From NCBI GenBank assembly GCA_027263115.1, contig GCA_027263115.1_3656.1: DNA of 64,000 bases. One strand, written 5' to 3'. Origin of the DNA: a phage. The notes beneath the pieces were generated by a model, which saw nothing but the letters and a program-made list of their open reading frames with translations, searched no databases and had not been told where the DNA came from. Below, in pieces: positions 35,013 to 44,905 of the stretch; positions within the stretch are counted from its first letter, which is position 1, and each line of letters opens with the position of its first letter. The position numbers and the translations under genes are program-made.

Positions 35013-36101
35013 TTAAAACTCCCAAATTTCTTCTTCAGCGTCGTTAACAGTTGTGTTGACGCGGTAGTCAGTGTTCGACATTTCTTGGTTCGCCGTCTGT
35101 TGCAATGAAGGTTTCATCCACACCTGCATAAACGGTAGAGGGTCCTTTGTTGGCGGCACAAAGTCTTTGTCGATGTCGTAGTAATCATAAATCGGTGAGC
35201 AGTTATAGTCAACCCATTCTTTAAGCAACGGTGAGTTAAGACCTATAATCGCTCTTCCTTCGCTGAAAATATAGTCACTCCAACCGTACTCTTTGGTTCG
35301 TACTTCATCAAGAATCTCTTTTAACTCCCCTTTTATCTCAAGGAAGCTTTTCTCCCATGCGGGATCATTAAGCAGGATATCAATGATGGCAAAATCACCT
35401 TTCGAATGTAGCATTTCGTCAAGCATGATTTTTTGAACAAGCTGCGCCACCTGAACAAAGATACCCTGCTCAGCTACTGCGAAAGTGCATGCAAAACTTG
35501 CAATAAACTCAATACTTTCCAGAGCTAAAAGTGCAAAAAGCGCTCTAAGAATGCATTTCCGCACAACATCTTCTTCAACACTAGAAGGATCCAGTCGGTA
35601 TTTTGCACCAATAACCTCAAGCTCTTGCATGTATTTGACAATAACGCCGGATCTGCTCAGAACGTTTTGGTTTTCCTGAATCTCTTCTATAATCTCACGG
35701 GCATTGGGGAGGCATTGTCTAACAATCTCTGAGTAAGTTAGTGCGTGAAGAACTTCAATCTCTGACTGTTTCATCAATAGAGTGAAAAGCTCACTATTGG
35801 TGATAAATGGTGAAAACAGACAAATGATAGATCTTGCCGCAACGCTATCAGCCTCCCATTGCCACATCAAGGTCTGCACCATCACGTCATAAGTTGACTT
35901 TGAGCATGTTACAAAATCTGAAATAGATTGCGACAAATCCACTTCATCCTCTGCCCAGTCTTGTTCTTTTTGTTTTTTGTATAGTTCAAACAGTTGTGGA
36001 TATTTTTTGTTGATAGAGTCGTACATACCCATTTGCTGTCCTAGAAACAGCGGATAGTCACCAGTTTTATGAGCGGTGTTCTCAGCATTAAATACAGCCA
36101 T
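35013..36101 (-). CDS. nrdB: ribonucleotide reductase class Ia beta subunit
   Basis: 362 aa; ferritin-like di-iron protein immediately downstream of nrdA. Confidence 0.85.
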   Translation of the reverse strand: MAVFNAENTAHKTGDYPLFLGQQMGMYDSINKKYPQLFELYKKQKEQDWAEDEVDLSQSISDFVTCSKSTYDVMVQTLMWQWEADSVAARSIICLFSPFITNSELFTLLMKQSEIEVLHALTYSEIVRQCLPNAREIIEEIQENQNVLSRSGVIVKYMQELEVIGAKYRLDPSSVEEDVVRKCILRALFALLALESIEFIASFACTFAVAEQGIFVQVAQLVQKIMLDEMLHSKGDFAIIDILLNDPAWEKSFLEIKGELKEILDEVRTKEYGWSDYIFSEGRAIIGLNSPLLKEWVDYNCSPIYDYYDIDKDFVPPTKDPLPFMQVWMKPSLQQTANQEMSNTDYRVNTTVNDAEEEIWEF

Positions 36102-36107
36102 TATTCT

Positions 36108-36135
36108 AACCTCTAAAATGGGGCCGAAGCCCCTT
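36108..36135 (-). terminator. hairpin (possible attenuator/terminator) between nrdA and nrdB
   Basis: GGGGC-TTCG-GCCCC stem followed by ATTTTAG on minus strand. Confidence 0.4.
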
Positions 36136-36140
36136 TAAAA

Positions 36141-38456
36141 TTATAGTGCACAACTTTCGCAATACTGATCTTCAACTGAACTATCTGCATTCAAAGGATA
36201 GTTCTTTCTGGTTTCATCTTCAGCCTGTTTCTTGGCATGAAGTTCCTCTGCCAAGGAGTCGCCAGCACCAACCCTAGAGTTTAAATAATACCATGTCTTC
36301 ATTCCGAATTTAGTGGCACGGATAAGGTACCCTAGCTGCTCCTTCATTGAAATTTTACCATCTTTCAACTTGGTGTAGTCTATGTACAAATCCGCGCTGA
36401 TTGCCTGACCTGTGAATTTTTGAATCACAGCATACATATCGATCATGTCGTTAGTATCAACGTCCCAAGCCGAAGTGTAATACTCTTTCAACTCATCATA
36501 GTCAGGAACGATAAACAGCACCTGCCCTTGTGGCGACTTTTTAAAGATAATGTGCTCACGGACAGGATAGACCCCGTTAGTGGTGTTTGTTGCCAGCGAA
36601 GAGCTTTCATTAGGCATATATGCTTCAAGAACGCTATTACGTAGCCCACCATTTTCAATGATTTCTTTACGTAACCCTTCCCAATCCTGTTTAAGAGAAG
36701 GATCTTTCACCACGCTATCGACCTCTTTGTTATAGGTGTCGATTGGTAACCAACCTTCTGGATATTTTGTTTTATGCATCCACTCGCAGACACCACGCTC
36801 TTTTGCCAACCGTAAACTTGCCTTATGCAAGCTGTAGCTGTGAAGTTCTGCAAGATCGTGAACGAGCTGTTTACTTTCAGGAGATCCGTAAGTAACCTTG
36901 TGGCTGGCAATAAAATGTGCAACATTGGTAAGGCCAACCCCGATGGATCTGCGTTTTTTAACTGTGCTTTCCATATTTTCATACGGATATGTCATGATTT
37001 CCATAACATTGTCAATCATAAGCACCGTATAGTATGCAACATCCTCATACTCCTCTGGAGTAACCCTCCCAGCTACAAGAGATGACAGGAAGCACAATGC
37101 AACCTCTCCATCATCAGCATCGTACTTGAAGATATTACGCATATCTGAATAGCCTTTTGTCGGGAGGGCTATTTCTGCACACAGGTTACTTGAATAGATC
37201 ACATCTTTAAAAGGTGTATGTCTATTCATCTCATCTGTCCAGTATACATACAGCCTTCCCACCTCAGTACGCTGCGTGATCAGTTCAACAGCAAGATCTC
37301 TGGCCCGGATCCATGTTTTAGGAATACTGTCATCTTTAGCAATACGATCAACCTCTGCATCAAACTCCTCCATAGACATGGTGAAGATACCCTCATGCAG
37401 TTGAGGCGCGTGCTTATAAGAAACAAGCATCCAATCCAAATTCTTAGCCACACGGTTGATAAACGACCTATTAATACCGATGGAGTAGTCCATGGTGTTG
37501 ATTCTTTTTGAAGCAACAGTCATAGGGTTTCTCAAACGGATTAGCTCATCAATCTGCGGGTCTAGTGCAAGAAATGATACTGTTGCAGAACCGCCACGTG
37601 ATTGTTGTCTGTTCTCCTTAACCCCAGCATCAATACCTCGATAATATGGAATCTTACCCATGTGTTTAATAGTGTTACCACGAACACCATCGCCTGCAGA
37701 TCTTGATGATAAATAGTAGCCGATACCTGCTTGGTTAACCGTCATTGTGTACGCAACTTCACGTGCCACACCAATAGATTTTGCTGTATCGTCAGCTTTT
37801 ATTACACAACAAGATGCATACCCTGTCTTACCTGTGCGCAGCCCGTTTAAGTACGGTGTCGGGGCATTGATCTTTAAGTCGGACAGATAAGTGTATAATT
37901 TTACAACATCGTTGATACGACGTTCTTTCGGCATATTCTTCATGACAGCCATTGCTATCCCCATAAACATCATCTGGGGAGATTCAAACAAGGTGTCTTT
38001 AAGAGTATCCTTGATCCCGTATTTGTCGCGAAACTGTTTAAGGACTGCATAGCCATAACCGAGATCTTTACTGTGGTCAATAACAGCGTCTAAAGTGTTT
38101 AGCTCGGTAAAGCTATAGCCCATATCCTCCCAATACCCTTTCTCAACCATGGTATTGTAAAATGATGGTAAGGAAGGGATCTTTGTAAACCCTCCAAAAG
38201 CCTCTTTATAAATCTGACCAATAAGAACACGACCAGCCATACGGGAATGTGCTTCGTCTTTACGGCTAACACAGGAGTCTATGATAGCTTGGTTAACTTC
38301 TTTGGTTGTACATCCATCATACAGTCGTTTGTATGCATCCAGTGCAATATGTGACCAATTGCCGTTACCGTCGTCACCGAAAATAGCTGCCTTATTTAAA
38401 CGTTCTGGATCGAATGCTACCTCACATCCGTTGCTTTTAATTACCTTGGTGATCAA
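36141..38456 (-). CDS. nrdA: ribonucleotide reductase class Ia alpha subunit
   Basis: 771 aa; N-terminal ATP-cone-like region, active-site NLCAEI, C-terminal CESC; TTG start after GGAGGAAG. Confidence 0.9.
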   Translation of the reverse strand: MITKVIKSNGCEVAFDPERLNKAAIFGDDGNGNWSHIALDAYKRLYDGCTTKEVNQAIIDSCVSRKDEAHSRMAGRVLIGQIYKEAFGGFTKIPSLPSFYNTMVEKGYWEDMGYSFTELNTLDAVIDHSKDLGYGYAVLKQFRDKYGIKDTLKDTLFESPQMMFMGIAMAVMKNMPKERRINDVVKLYTYLSDLKINAPTPYLNGLRTGKTGYASCCVIKADDTAKSIGVAREVAYTMTVNQAGIGYYLSSRSAGDGVRGNTIKHMGKIPYYRGIDAGVKENRQQSRGGSATVSFLALDPQIDELIRLRNPMTVASKRINTMDYSIGINRSFINRVAKNLDWMLVSYKHAPQLHEGIFTMSMEEFDAEVDRIAKDDSIPKTWIRARDLAVELITQRTEVGRLYVYWTDEMNRHTPFKDVIYSSNLCAEIALPTKGYSDMRNIFKYDADDGEVALCFLSSLVAGRVTPEEYEDVAYYTVLMIDNVMEIMTYPYENMESTVKKRRSIGVGLTNVAHFIASHKVTYGSPESKQLVHDLAELHSYSLHKASLRLAKERGVCEWMHKTKYPEGWLPIDTYNKEVDSVVKDPSLKQDWEGLRKEIIENGGLRNSVLEAYMPNESSSLATNTTNGVYPVREHIIFKKSPQGQVLFIVPDYDELKEYYTSAWDVDTNDMIDMYAVIQKFTGQAISADLYIDYTKLKDGKISMKEQLGYLIRATKFGMKTWYYLNSRVGAGDSLAEELHAKKQAEDETRKNYPLNADSSVEDQYCESCAL

Positions 38457-38683
38457 TTTGCTTCCTCCACTTCATTAACGTATTTATCAAGGCAGGTATC
38501 AGTATCTTGCTGGATAAAGGTATCCTCTTCTACAGAGATATTTATAATTTTACCTGTATACTCGTCATAATAAACATCATCATACATTTTAATATCGTTT
38601 GTCAGGCCGTTGAACCAAAGCCAACCAACATACTCTGCCCGACTTGCAAAACCAAGATCCTTCCACTTGGAGTTATGGCTCAT
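38453..38683 (-). CDS. hypothetical protein
   Basis: Internal ATG after GGTGGTGAAG; TTGA coupling with nrdA start. Confidence 0.5.
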   Translation of the reverse strand: MSHNSKWKDLGFASRAEYVGWLWFNGLTNDIKMYDDVYYDEYTGKIINISVEEDTFIQQDTDTCLDKYVNEVEEAN

Positions 38684-38693
38684 CTTCACCACC

Positions 38694-39155
38694 TTAGCTT
38701 TCAATACCGAATAATTTTTCCAGGCGATGCAGATCTTCAAAATTGAAAGGTTCATCAACAATATGAATATCTTCAGCCTTTTCAGATTGTTTTGTATACT
38801 TTCTTACATTAACACGATCCTCTACTGGGATATCATACGGGAGATCTTGAACAAGCATTGCCTCACCAGGTGCTTTATCCACATCTAAAATATCTACACC
38901 GTTATACATTTGCGGGTATCTAAAGTCTGCACGCATAACACCAGCAAATACATCTGCCTTTCGATAATGTGTTGGCTTATTTTTGCATCGAACGTTTTTT
39001 CCACGAAGAACATCAATACTTTTTAAATCAAACCCTACGGCAAAGAGTGCAGCTCGGAGACCGTTTCGTGTGCGAACGTTAAACCCAGGGACGGTAGCTA
39101 GGAAATCTAAAGTAACTGAAATAAATGTCTTTTTAGGAATCATAACATTACTCAT
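38694..39155 (-). CDS. hypothetical protein
   Basis: ATG after GGAGA (track ORF 38694..39194 trimmed). Confidence 0.5.
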   Translation of the reverse strand: MSNVMIPKKTFISVTLDFLATVPGFNVRTRNGLRAALFAVGFDLKSIDVLRGKNVRCKNKPTHYRKADVFAGVMRADFRYPQMYNGVDILDVDKAPGEAMLVQDLPYDIPVEDRVNVRKYTKQSEKAEDIHIVDEPFNFEDLHRLEKLFGIES

Positions 39156-39253
39156 ATCTGTCTCCATTTCTGGCTCACCAACAAAGTGAGCCATTATTAT
39201 AGATTATCTGATACTATTAGTCAACACAAAAGTTACCTATCGCTGTGATAGGA

Positions 39254-40237
39254 TTAACCTTTCACGAAGTGGTTATTAAGCAGTTGTCTGTGCTGAACCC
39301 ACCCACAAAAGTTGGCAGACCAGAATTTACCATCACGGTCTTGATGGGTTACACCTTCCTGCCAAACACAGCTGTCTTGTGTGATTTCACATGAAGACAG
39401 GTAGTAGTTTAAACGTTCCATTGCGTTATCGTGATCCATAGGTGTTGCCTGGTGCTCGTAAGGGCTTGCATGGATACGATCCCCACCAATCAATTTTTTA
39501 GCCACACTGTCTGCCTTTTCAAACGTGCTGTCAATATTTCGATAAGATACTTGTGCACAGCAACTAGCACTGATAGACAGAGCTTCTTTAGTATCGAGAA
39601 TGCAGAGCTTTCCTTCTGTGTCACGTACAGCGTAGTTAAACTCTCCGTCCAAATAAACGTGCTCTACATATGGAGTGTGCCATTGCCCTGGTTTAAGGAT
39701 TTCAGGAGTGCTATTCACAAGAGCTTCCCACATACAATTAGCCAACATCTGAATCGTAGGATCCGCATCGTGCCAGCAACGGAGATGGAAAAAATTATTC
39801 CACTCTGTGCTTGTTACAACTGTTTTCATGCGCTGAAACGGCTCCACTAAGCGGTTACATACTTGTTTATGGTAACCAGCAAGGGCGAACTTCTCTGCAT
39901 GCCAAGCGGCGTTTTTTGCAGCTTCTTTCCAAAACTCTTCAGGGGTTAGCTCCATGTCAGTGTACTCTACACGGATCTTTTGATCGTGTTCTCCACCATC
40001 TTCCATACCTCGCTTATTTACACCGAAGCGAACTGGCATTGCCGGATTCTCCACAATCTGTTGCAGCATCTTGCCGACAGGTACTGCACGGGAAGACATG
40101 GCGTTTCGGCTGAACACTCGGTGCGTCATAAGCTCTGAGTGAATAATTCGAGGATACTCTAGTTCAAAAGTGGTGATACGCTTACCTTTCTCGGAAATGC
40201 TGTCAGCAATAATCTTTGCAGTGCACAGTTTTAGCAT
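39254..40237 (-). CDS. thyX: flavin-dependent thymidylate synthase-like protein (ThyX family)
   Basis: 327 aa; THRVFSRNAMSSRAVP matches the ThyX RHRxxSxxxxSxR signature except first Arg is Thr; SD AGGAGA. Confidence 0.7.
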   Translation of the reverse strand: MLKLCTAKIIADSISEKGKRITTFELEYPRIIHSELMTHRVFSRNAMSSRAVPVGKMLQQIVENPAMPVRFGVNKRGMEDGGEHDQKIRVEYTDMELTPEEFWKEAAKNAAWHAEKFALAGYHKQVCNRLVEPFQRMKTVVTSTEWNNFFHLRCWHDADPTIQMLANCMWEALVNSTPEILKPGQWHTPYVEHVYLDGEFNYAVRDTEGKLCILDTKEALSISASCCAQVSYRNIDSTFEKADSVAKKLIGGDRIHASPYEHQATPMDHDNAMERLNYYLSSCEITQDSCVWQEGVTHQDRDGKFWSANFCGWVQHRQLLNNHFVKG

Positions 40238-40437
40238 TATTTAGCTCTCCTTGTTTTAATTTTGGAAATTTCGTCTGGGTTTACGTTGGCCTTAAATGCA
40301 AGGTATCTGTTGAACATGTCAGAGCACATATCTTGGGTGATCCTGGAGGCATACACTAGCTTACCTCCTAGATCATACACCTCTAGCCAGTCACCGTATC
40401 TGACTACAGGATCGCCACCTTTAGAACATCTGCCCAT
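40237..40437 (-). CDS. hypothetical protein
   Basis: 66 aa. Confidence 0.5.
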   Translation of the reverse strand: MGRCSKGGDPVVRYGDWLEVYDLGGKLVYASRITQDMCSDMFNRYLAFKANVNPDEISKIKTRRAK

Positions 40438-40438
40438 T

Positions 40439-41032
40439 TCAAATACCTTCTAAAAATTTTCCTATTTTATACCAGCTATTAGCGGTATAGTCAACACTGA
40501 CCTTTAACTCCTCGAATTGCTCATAAGGTGTATCTTTTAGGATTTTAATAACTTCAGGTCGTGAAGCGAATTGGTTCAGGTATTCATGCCTGTCGTCAAT
40601 TATAACATCTACAGCCACATTCCCTTTGAAATGTGTGGCGTAGAAGCCGTGGCCCTGGGTGTGATCGTCCAGATCCATAAAATCACTGGTCCAACGCTTT
40701 AAGAACCTTGATTTAGATGCAAGGTGACCTTTCTTGCATACCGAGATAAATGCAAGCTTGTGACCACGAGCCACCAAATCTTTCATAACCTCAATAGCCC
40801 CCTCTTCAGGCTTAAGAAAGTCGTAGAGGAACGGATCACTCCAGAAATCAAAAGGTCCTATGATGTTTTCTTTGGGGCGATCAGGCCAATACTTTGACAG
40901 ATCGTAATACATCAGCCCATTAGAAGGTTTAACGACTGTCTTACTGGCTGGACCATACAAACGCTCCAACCACTCCCACCATGCTGTTCCTGAATCTACC
41001 AGTGTCAAATCTACATCAATTCCGATTAACAT
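40439..41032 (-). CDS. HAD-superfamily phosphatase (5'-nucleotidase-like)
   Basis: 197 aa; N-terminal IGIDVDLTLVDS (DxDxT motif). Confidence 0.6.
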   Translation of the reverse strand: MLIGIDVDLTLVDSGTAWWEWLERLYGPASKTVVKPSNGLMYYDLSKYWPDRPKENIIGPFDFWSDPFLYDFLKPEEGAIEVMKDLVARGHKLAFISVCKKGHLASKSRFLKRWTSDFMDLDDHTQGHGFYATHFKGNVAVDVIIDDRHEYLNQFASRPEVIKILKDTPYEQFEELKVSVDYTANSWYKIGKFLEGI

Positions 41033-41640
41033 TCTTCTTGGGCCTCTTTAGCATCAATATACTTGCACACAATCTCCGATGCACATTCCCAAGGTGCACC
41101 TTCAGGATTTACAACATCGAACTCAATCCCTTTTATTCCGTTATTTTCCAGACTTAGATAGGTTCTGGAATCATTTCCCCAGTCATATCCGACACGGTGA
41201 ATACGGAACAACAACAGATCTCCACCTGTGCTGTATGCGTACTCGCTAAGGCATGCCAGCTCCTCTTTGAATCCCCCATCGGAGTAAACAATAACCCCTT
41301 TACCTTCAGGGAAATCTTTCTTCAAAGATGCGACTGCGGCTTTACCGAAAGCATCTTCACCAAAGATAGGTTTAATCAGATTTTCACTACAATGGATCAT
41401 CCATTCTCGCGGAGAAACATGCTTGCCGTCTATCATTAAGAAAGGGCAAGGCTCTTCTTTGTAGTGGCGGTCATAAAGTGCATTCCAGAGTTGAGGAGTT
41501 ACACCAGCTGCCTTAATTGCCACACTGAAGAGCATTTCCTTAACCTCACGGTGGTGTGAGTTAGGAATAGCTTCCAACAAGAGATCTGCAATGTGATCCT
41601 TACCACTGCTGGGTGGGGCGTTAAGAACAATAATATCCAT
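41026..41640 (-). CDS. P-loop nucleotide kinase (dNMP kinase-like)
   Basis: 204 aa; N-terminal LNAPPSSGKDH P-loop. Confidence 0.5.
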   Translation of the reverse strand: MDIIVLNAPPSSGKDHIADLLLEAIPNSHHREVKEMLFSVAIKAAGVTPQLWNALYDRHYKEEPCPFLMIDGKHVSPREWMIHCSENLIKPIFGEDAFGKAAVASLKKDFPEGKGVIVYSDGGFKEELACLSEYAYSTGGDLLLFRIHRVGYDWGNDSRTYLSLENNGIKGIEFDVVNPEGAPWECASEIVCKYIDAKEAQEEC

Positions 41641-41843
41641 TAAAAACCTCCGTGGTATTCTTCAACTGCATCAATAATACTTTTACACTTATCTACCAGC
41701 TCGTTAGCCACTACAGCATCGTCTTCCCAAACAGCCTCCTCAATCTGATCAAGCAATGATCGCATCTTACTCATCATTTCTGGGATAAAGTTTTCTGAAA
41801 AGCTGTCTGGAATTGTTAACTCTAGTGTCATTTCGGTCTCCAA
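41640..41843 (-). CDS. small acidic hypothetical protein
   Basis: 67 aa. Confidence 0.5.
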   Translation of the reverse strand: METEMTLELTIPDSFSENFIPEMMSKMRSLLDQIEEAVWEDDAVVANELVDKCKSIIDAVEEYHGGF

Positions 41844-41858
41844 TCATACTATGCGTTA

Positions 41859-42317
41859 TTAGAAGTTTGTTTTTACACGTCCCTTCTCATCAACCTCGTT
41901 GTTAGCTAAAAGCGTTACAAAGTCTGTGAAACGAACATGAAGAACCCTTTTCTTATCAAGGTATCCTAAAGCCACCCCTGAGAAATTTAGCATCAAAGGG
42001 GCTAAAGAAGCTCTGGCACTGAAATGCTGTTGTTCTACCCTTCCAACACCCTTAGTGTAGGATGGGTTAAGATTGTAAGTTCTGAATCCCAGTTTTGTTG
42101 GAGCTTTAGAATTAAAAACGACTTTATAGCGTTTCTTACTCAACTTATGCTCCAGGATAAGCATTCCCTTATCACCTTTGATAAGTTGAAAATCTGTAAA
42201 GTGCTCTTTTAAGACGAAAGGTAGTGCCAGTCCCATCGCCTGTCCTCTTTGTACCGCTGTCTCACCAAAAGCTTTTGCATCAGTAAGTTCTTTGGTCAAG
42301 TCTATGCTTTTGATCAT
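41859..42317 (-). CDS. hypothetical protein
   Basis: 152 aa. Confidence 0.55.
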   Translation of the reverse strand: MIKSIDLTKELTDAKAFGETAVQRGQAMGLALPFVLKEHFTDFQLIKGDKGMLILEHKLSKKRYKVVFNSKAPTKLGFRTYNLNPSYTKGVGRVEQQHFSARASLAPLMLNFSGVALGYLDKKRVLHVRFTDFVTLLANNEVDEKGRVKTNF

Positions 42318-43128
42318 ACCTGGTCTCCAAAATGTATTGTAGTTCTTTCTTACCTATACTCTTCATTCCAGCAGTCTTACCTGCTTCTTCTTGAAAAGAA
42401 GAATAGCATTCAGCAAACACTCTGTCAACACCGTTAACTAAAGATTTTATGAAATATGTTGATTCTTCAGATTTTGGGTCATCATCCCCCAATACTTTTC
42501 CAGCATTATACCCAACACGTCTTACACAGAAGTCGTAGTCATCTGGTGTGCTAAAAGAAAATAACTTATTCTCTCCAATCTCTACAGGATCCCTATTGCA
42601 CGCCTTTTTCTCCCAAATTTGGAAAACACATGGCACGTCATAAGGTTTGCCATTAAGTAAAAACGAATTCTTAGGGCACCTTTCGCTGTAGACAAGGTGC
42701 ATCGACATGTCCAGTTTGTTTGCAAAAAATATTTTTTCAAATGTCCGTGGCAAGATGAAGGCTATAGCCCCTCCAAGCTCTAGCAATGATGCACAATGGT
42801 TAAAGAATTTGCAAGCTAAGGATGAATTCTTGCCAAATGGTGGGTTACCTATGAAGACATCTGCCTTGGGATGCACCTCCAAGAAGTTTGCCTGAATGCA
42901 CGGTGTTGGTCCTTCAAATTCAGGATCTGGTACTAAATCGTACGACAGTATCTCTGAAAATAGTTTTGAAAAAGAACCCCTTCCAGCAGAAGGCTCAACG
43001 TATGCACAATTCCCATACTTATCTTTTACTTTACCAACAAGATATTCTGCATACTCAGGGTTTGTGTAGTATTTGTCGTTGGACTCTTTCTTGCTCAAAG
43101 TGCCTCCAAAAGGAAAAGGGAGGCGCAA
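42280..43128 (-). CDS. DNA methyltransferase (N6-adenine/N4-cytosine type)
   Basis: Motif I YVEPSAGRGSF and motif IV FIGNPPFG; true start probably TTG at 43098 after GGAGG. Confidence 0.7.
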   Translation of the reverse strand: MRLPFPFGGTLSKKESNDKYYTNPEYAEYLVGKVKDKYGNCAYVEPSAGRGSFSKLFSEILSYDLVPDPEFEGPTPCIQANFLEVHPKADVFIGNPPFGKNSSLACKFFNHCASLLELGGAIAFILPRTFEKIFFANKLDMSMHLVYSERCPKNSFLLNGKPYDVPCVFQIWEKKACNRDPVEIGENKLFSFSTPDDYDFCVRRVGYNAGKVLGDDDPKSEESTYFIKSLVNGVDRVFAECYSSFQEEAGKTAGMKSIGKKELQYILETRYDQKHRLDQRTY

Positions 43129-43143
43129 GCCTCCCTATAATTG

Positions 43144-44127
43144 TTAGATTATCTGAATCAGGGTATTTTTCATTTCTTCTCTGGTGCGGATGTTGTTACG
43201 GTCACGAACAACAGATCCACAACCTTCGCAGCGGTATGTTTTAAATGCACTCAGTTGAGTATACGCCAAAGCTTCTTCCTCGTGAAGGTGTTCTCCACCA
43301 CAGCGTGGGCAACGAACTTTTGGCTCCTCATCCTGGTAGTACAATGACATGTTGGGGTGCTGCTTAGCAAACGGGCGAGCCAGCAAATACAGGCCTTCCA
43401 GAGATAGGATATCGCCAACATTGTACTCCCGCATCTGTTTAAACGCCTCAAGATCACCGTGAACACACTTGATCCACATTTCAAATGTGTGGTCAATCAG
43501 TTTCTGTCGGGCAAGTTGGAAGTATTTGCATGCATACTCCAAAGTGTTTGCATTCAAACGGAATGCCTTCTTGATCATTTTAAGGGTGTCAACCTCTTTG
43601 TAGGGGCTTGTTGGAGGCAATCCGTGAAATGCAAATCGTTGGTTGGCCCACCCACAGTCAAAACCTGAATTGTGGGCTACTGCGACATCACATTTATCCA
43701 GATAATACCACAAATCCTGAATCAATTCGAGATCATTGTGAATATCCTCATCCCACATTTTGTAATCAGGAAGAGCGCAGTCAACCACACTAGGACTGTC
43801 TAACCACTTACCTGCGAAAGTTAGCATGTAGGGCATAATTTCAATACCGCAGGTTTGAATGTTGGTCTTATAGTGCCCAAAGAACCAGCCGTTTGTTGGG
43901 GATGTCTCTGTATCATACACCCAAACTTTAGCACCTTTGTGCTCTTCAAGGAAGCGCTCCGTTGCTTCTCCTACAATCTCTGACATATTCTCTTGTGCAC
44001 GTTTAAGCTGTAGTCGGATCCAGCTCTCACGTGACTCACGGCCTAAAAATTCACGAGCAATTTGTCTATTAGTGTATCCTTGTTGCTTTAGTGTTAAAAT
44101 TTGCTCAAGAGTTAACTTTGTCATCAT
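43144..44127 (-). CDS. DnaQ-like 3'-5' exonuclease (DEDD) with N-terminal HTH and C-terminal zinc ribbon
   Basis: 327 aa; VYDTETSP, AHNSGFDCGW, YNVGDI motifs; CPRC...CEGC. Confidence 0.6.
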   Translation of the reverse strand: MMTKLTLEQILTLKQQGYTNRQIAREFLGRESRESWIRLQLKRAQENMSEIVGEATERFLEEHKGAKVWVYDTETSPTNGWFFGHYKTNIQTCGIEIMPYMLTFAGKWLDSPSVVDCALPDYKMWDEDIHNDLELIQDLWYYLDKCDVAVAHNSGFDCGWANQRFAFHGLPPTSPYKEVDTLKMIKKAFRLNANTLEYACKYFQLARQKLIDHTFEMWIKCVHGDLEAFKQMREYNVGDILSLEGLYLLARPFAKQHPNMSLYYQDEEPKVRCPRCGGEHLHEEEALAYTQLSAFKTYRCEGCGSVVRDRNNIRTREEMKNTLIQII

Positions 44128-44139
44128 CGTTAAGATTCC

Positions 44140-44361
44140 TTAGTAAAACTGAAGAATGTCTTTTAAAGCGAAGTCACGATATTCGCCCTTGTCTACATCG
44201 AAGGCACGCATCAACCACTGCTCTTCTTTATGATACTCTGTAGAGCCAAACCATAAATTAGGCTCAGTAACGCAGCGATCTGCAACAACACCTTTCCAGT
44301 TACGGTATTTCATCCTGATCAGGACTGAGTCGCAAGGATTGAATACCTTTTTCATCCCCAT
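44140..44361 (-). CDS. hypothetical protein
   Basis: 73 aa. Confidence 0.5.
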   Translation of the reverse strand: MGMKKVFNPCDSVLIRMKYRNWKGVVADRCVTEPNLWFGSTEYHKEEQWLMRAFDVDKGEYRDFALKDILQFY

Positions 44362-44905
44362 AGAAATCTCTCTCCTCAGTTTTCTTTATAAACTCCTGCA
44401 TGTAGAGCTCAATAGCCTCATGCTTGGTGCACTCTGGATTAATGACAAGATTGAGATCTGATTCTGCTCGTGCAATAATCGTAGCTTTAGAGCATCTCCT
44501 CAAGAACTTTGTCATATCATCTCTGTAGTTTTTGTGGAGCGGGAAGTCGCTGTAGTCTTTCTCCAAATAGTCAGCCATCCGGCGCAACGCCTCTGATAAA
44601 CTGCAATCTGTATACTCGTTACAGTATTTCATCCAGTATTTAAGCACATACCCCTCAAAGGTATTAGTGCATTGAGACAAAACACCCCTGCAACGACCAG
44701 TCAGATGATCATGATCTAAACAAGGCTTACGAAGTGGCTCGCACAAGATCGGATCAAGACCATCCTGCTCCTCTGACAATTCTTTTCGAAAGTTGGCTAT
44801 GTCCTTAGAATCTTTTAACCACCCGTTATGAACTGGGGCTTTGACAGCTTTCTTTCTTATTTTACGCTTTGCGATAATCCCTCCAGATGAGCCCTGCCTA
44901 TCCAA
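44300..44905 (-). CDS. endonuclease VII-like nuclease
   Basis: PCLDHDHLTGRCRGVLSQCTN matches the endonuclease VII signature; start uncertain (49-nt overlap). Confidence 0.55.
   Translation of the reverse strand: MDRQGSSGGIIAKRKIRKKAVKAPVHNGWLKDSKDIANFRKELSEEQDGLDPILCEPLRKPCLDHDHLTGRCRGVLSQCTNTFEGYVLKYWMKYCNEYTDCSLSEALRRMADYLEKDYSDFPLHKNYRDDMTKFLRRCSKATIIARAESDLNLVINPECTKHEAIELYMQEFIKKTEERDFYGDEKGIQSLRLSPDQDEIP

Noticed and set aside
32611-38456. Group I introns or inteins in the nrd genes (as in T4)
   Set aside because: nrdA, nrdB and nrdD read as uninterrupted ORFs of normal length with motifs in the expected order; no intron-sized insertion visible.
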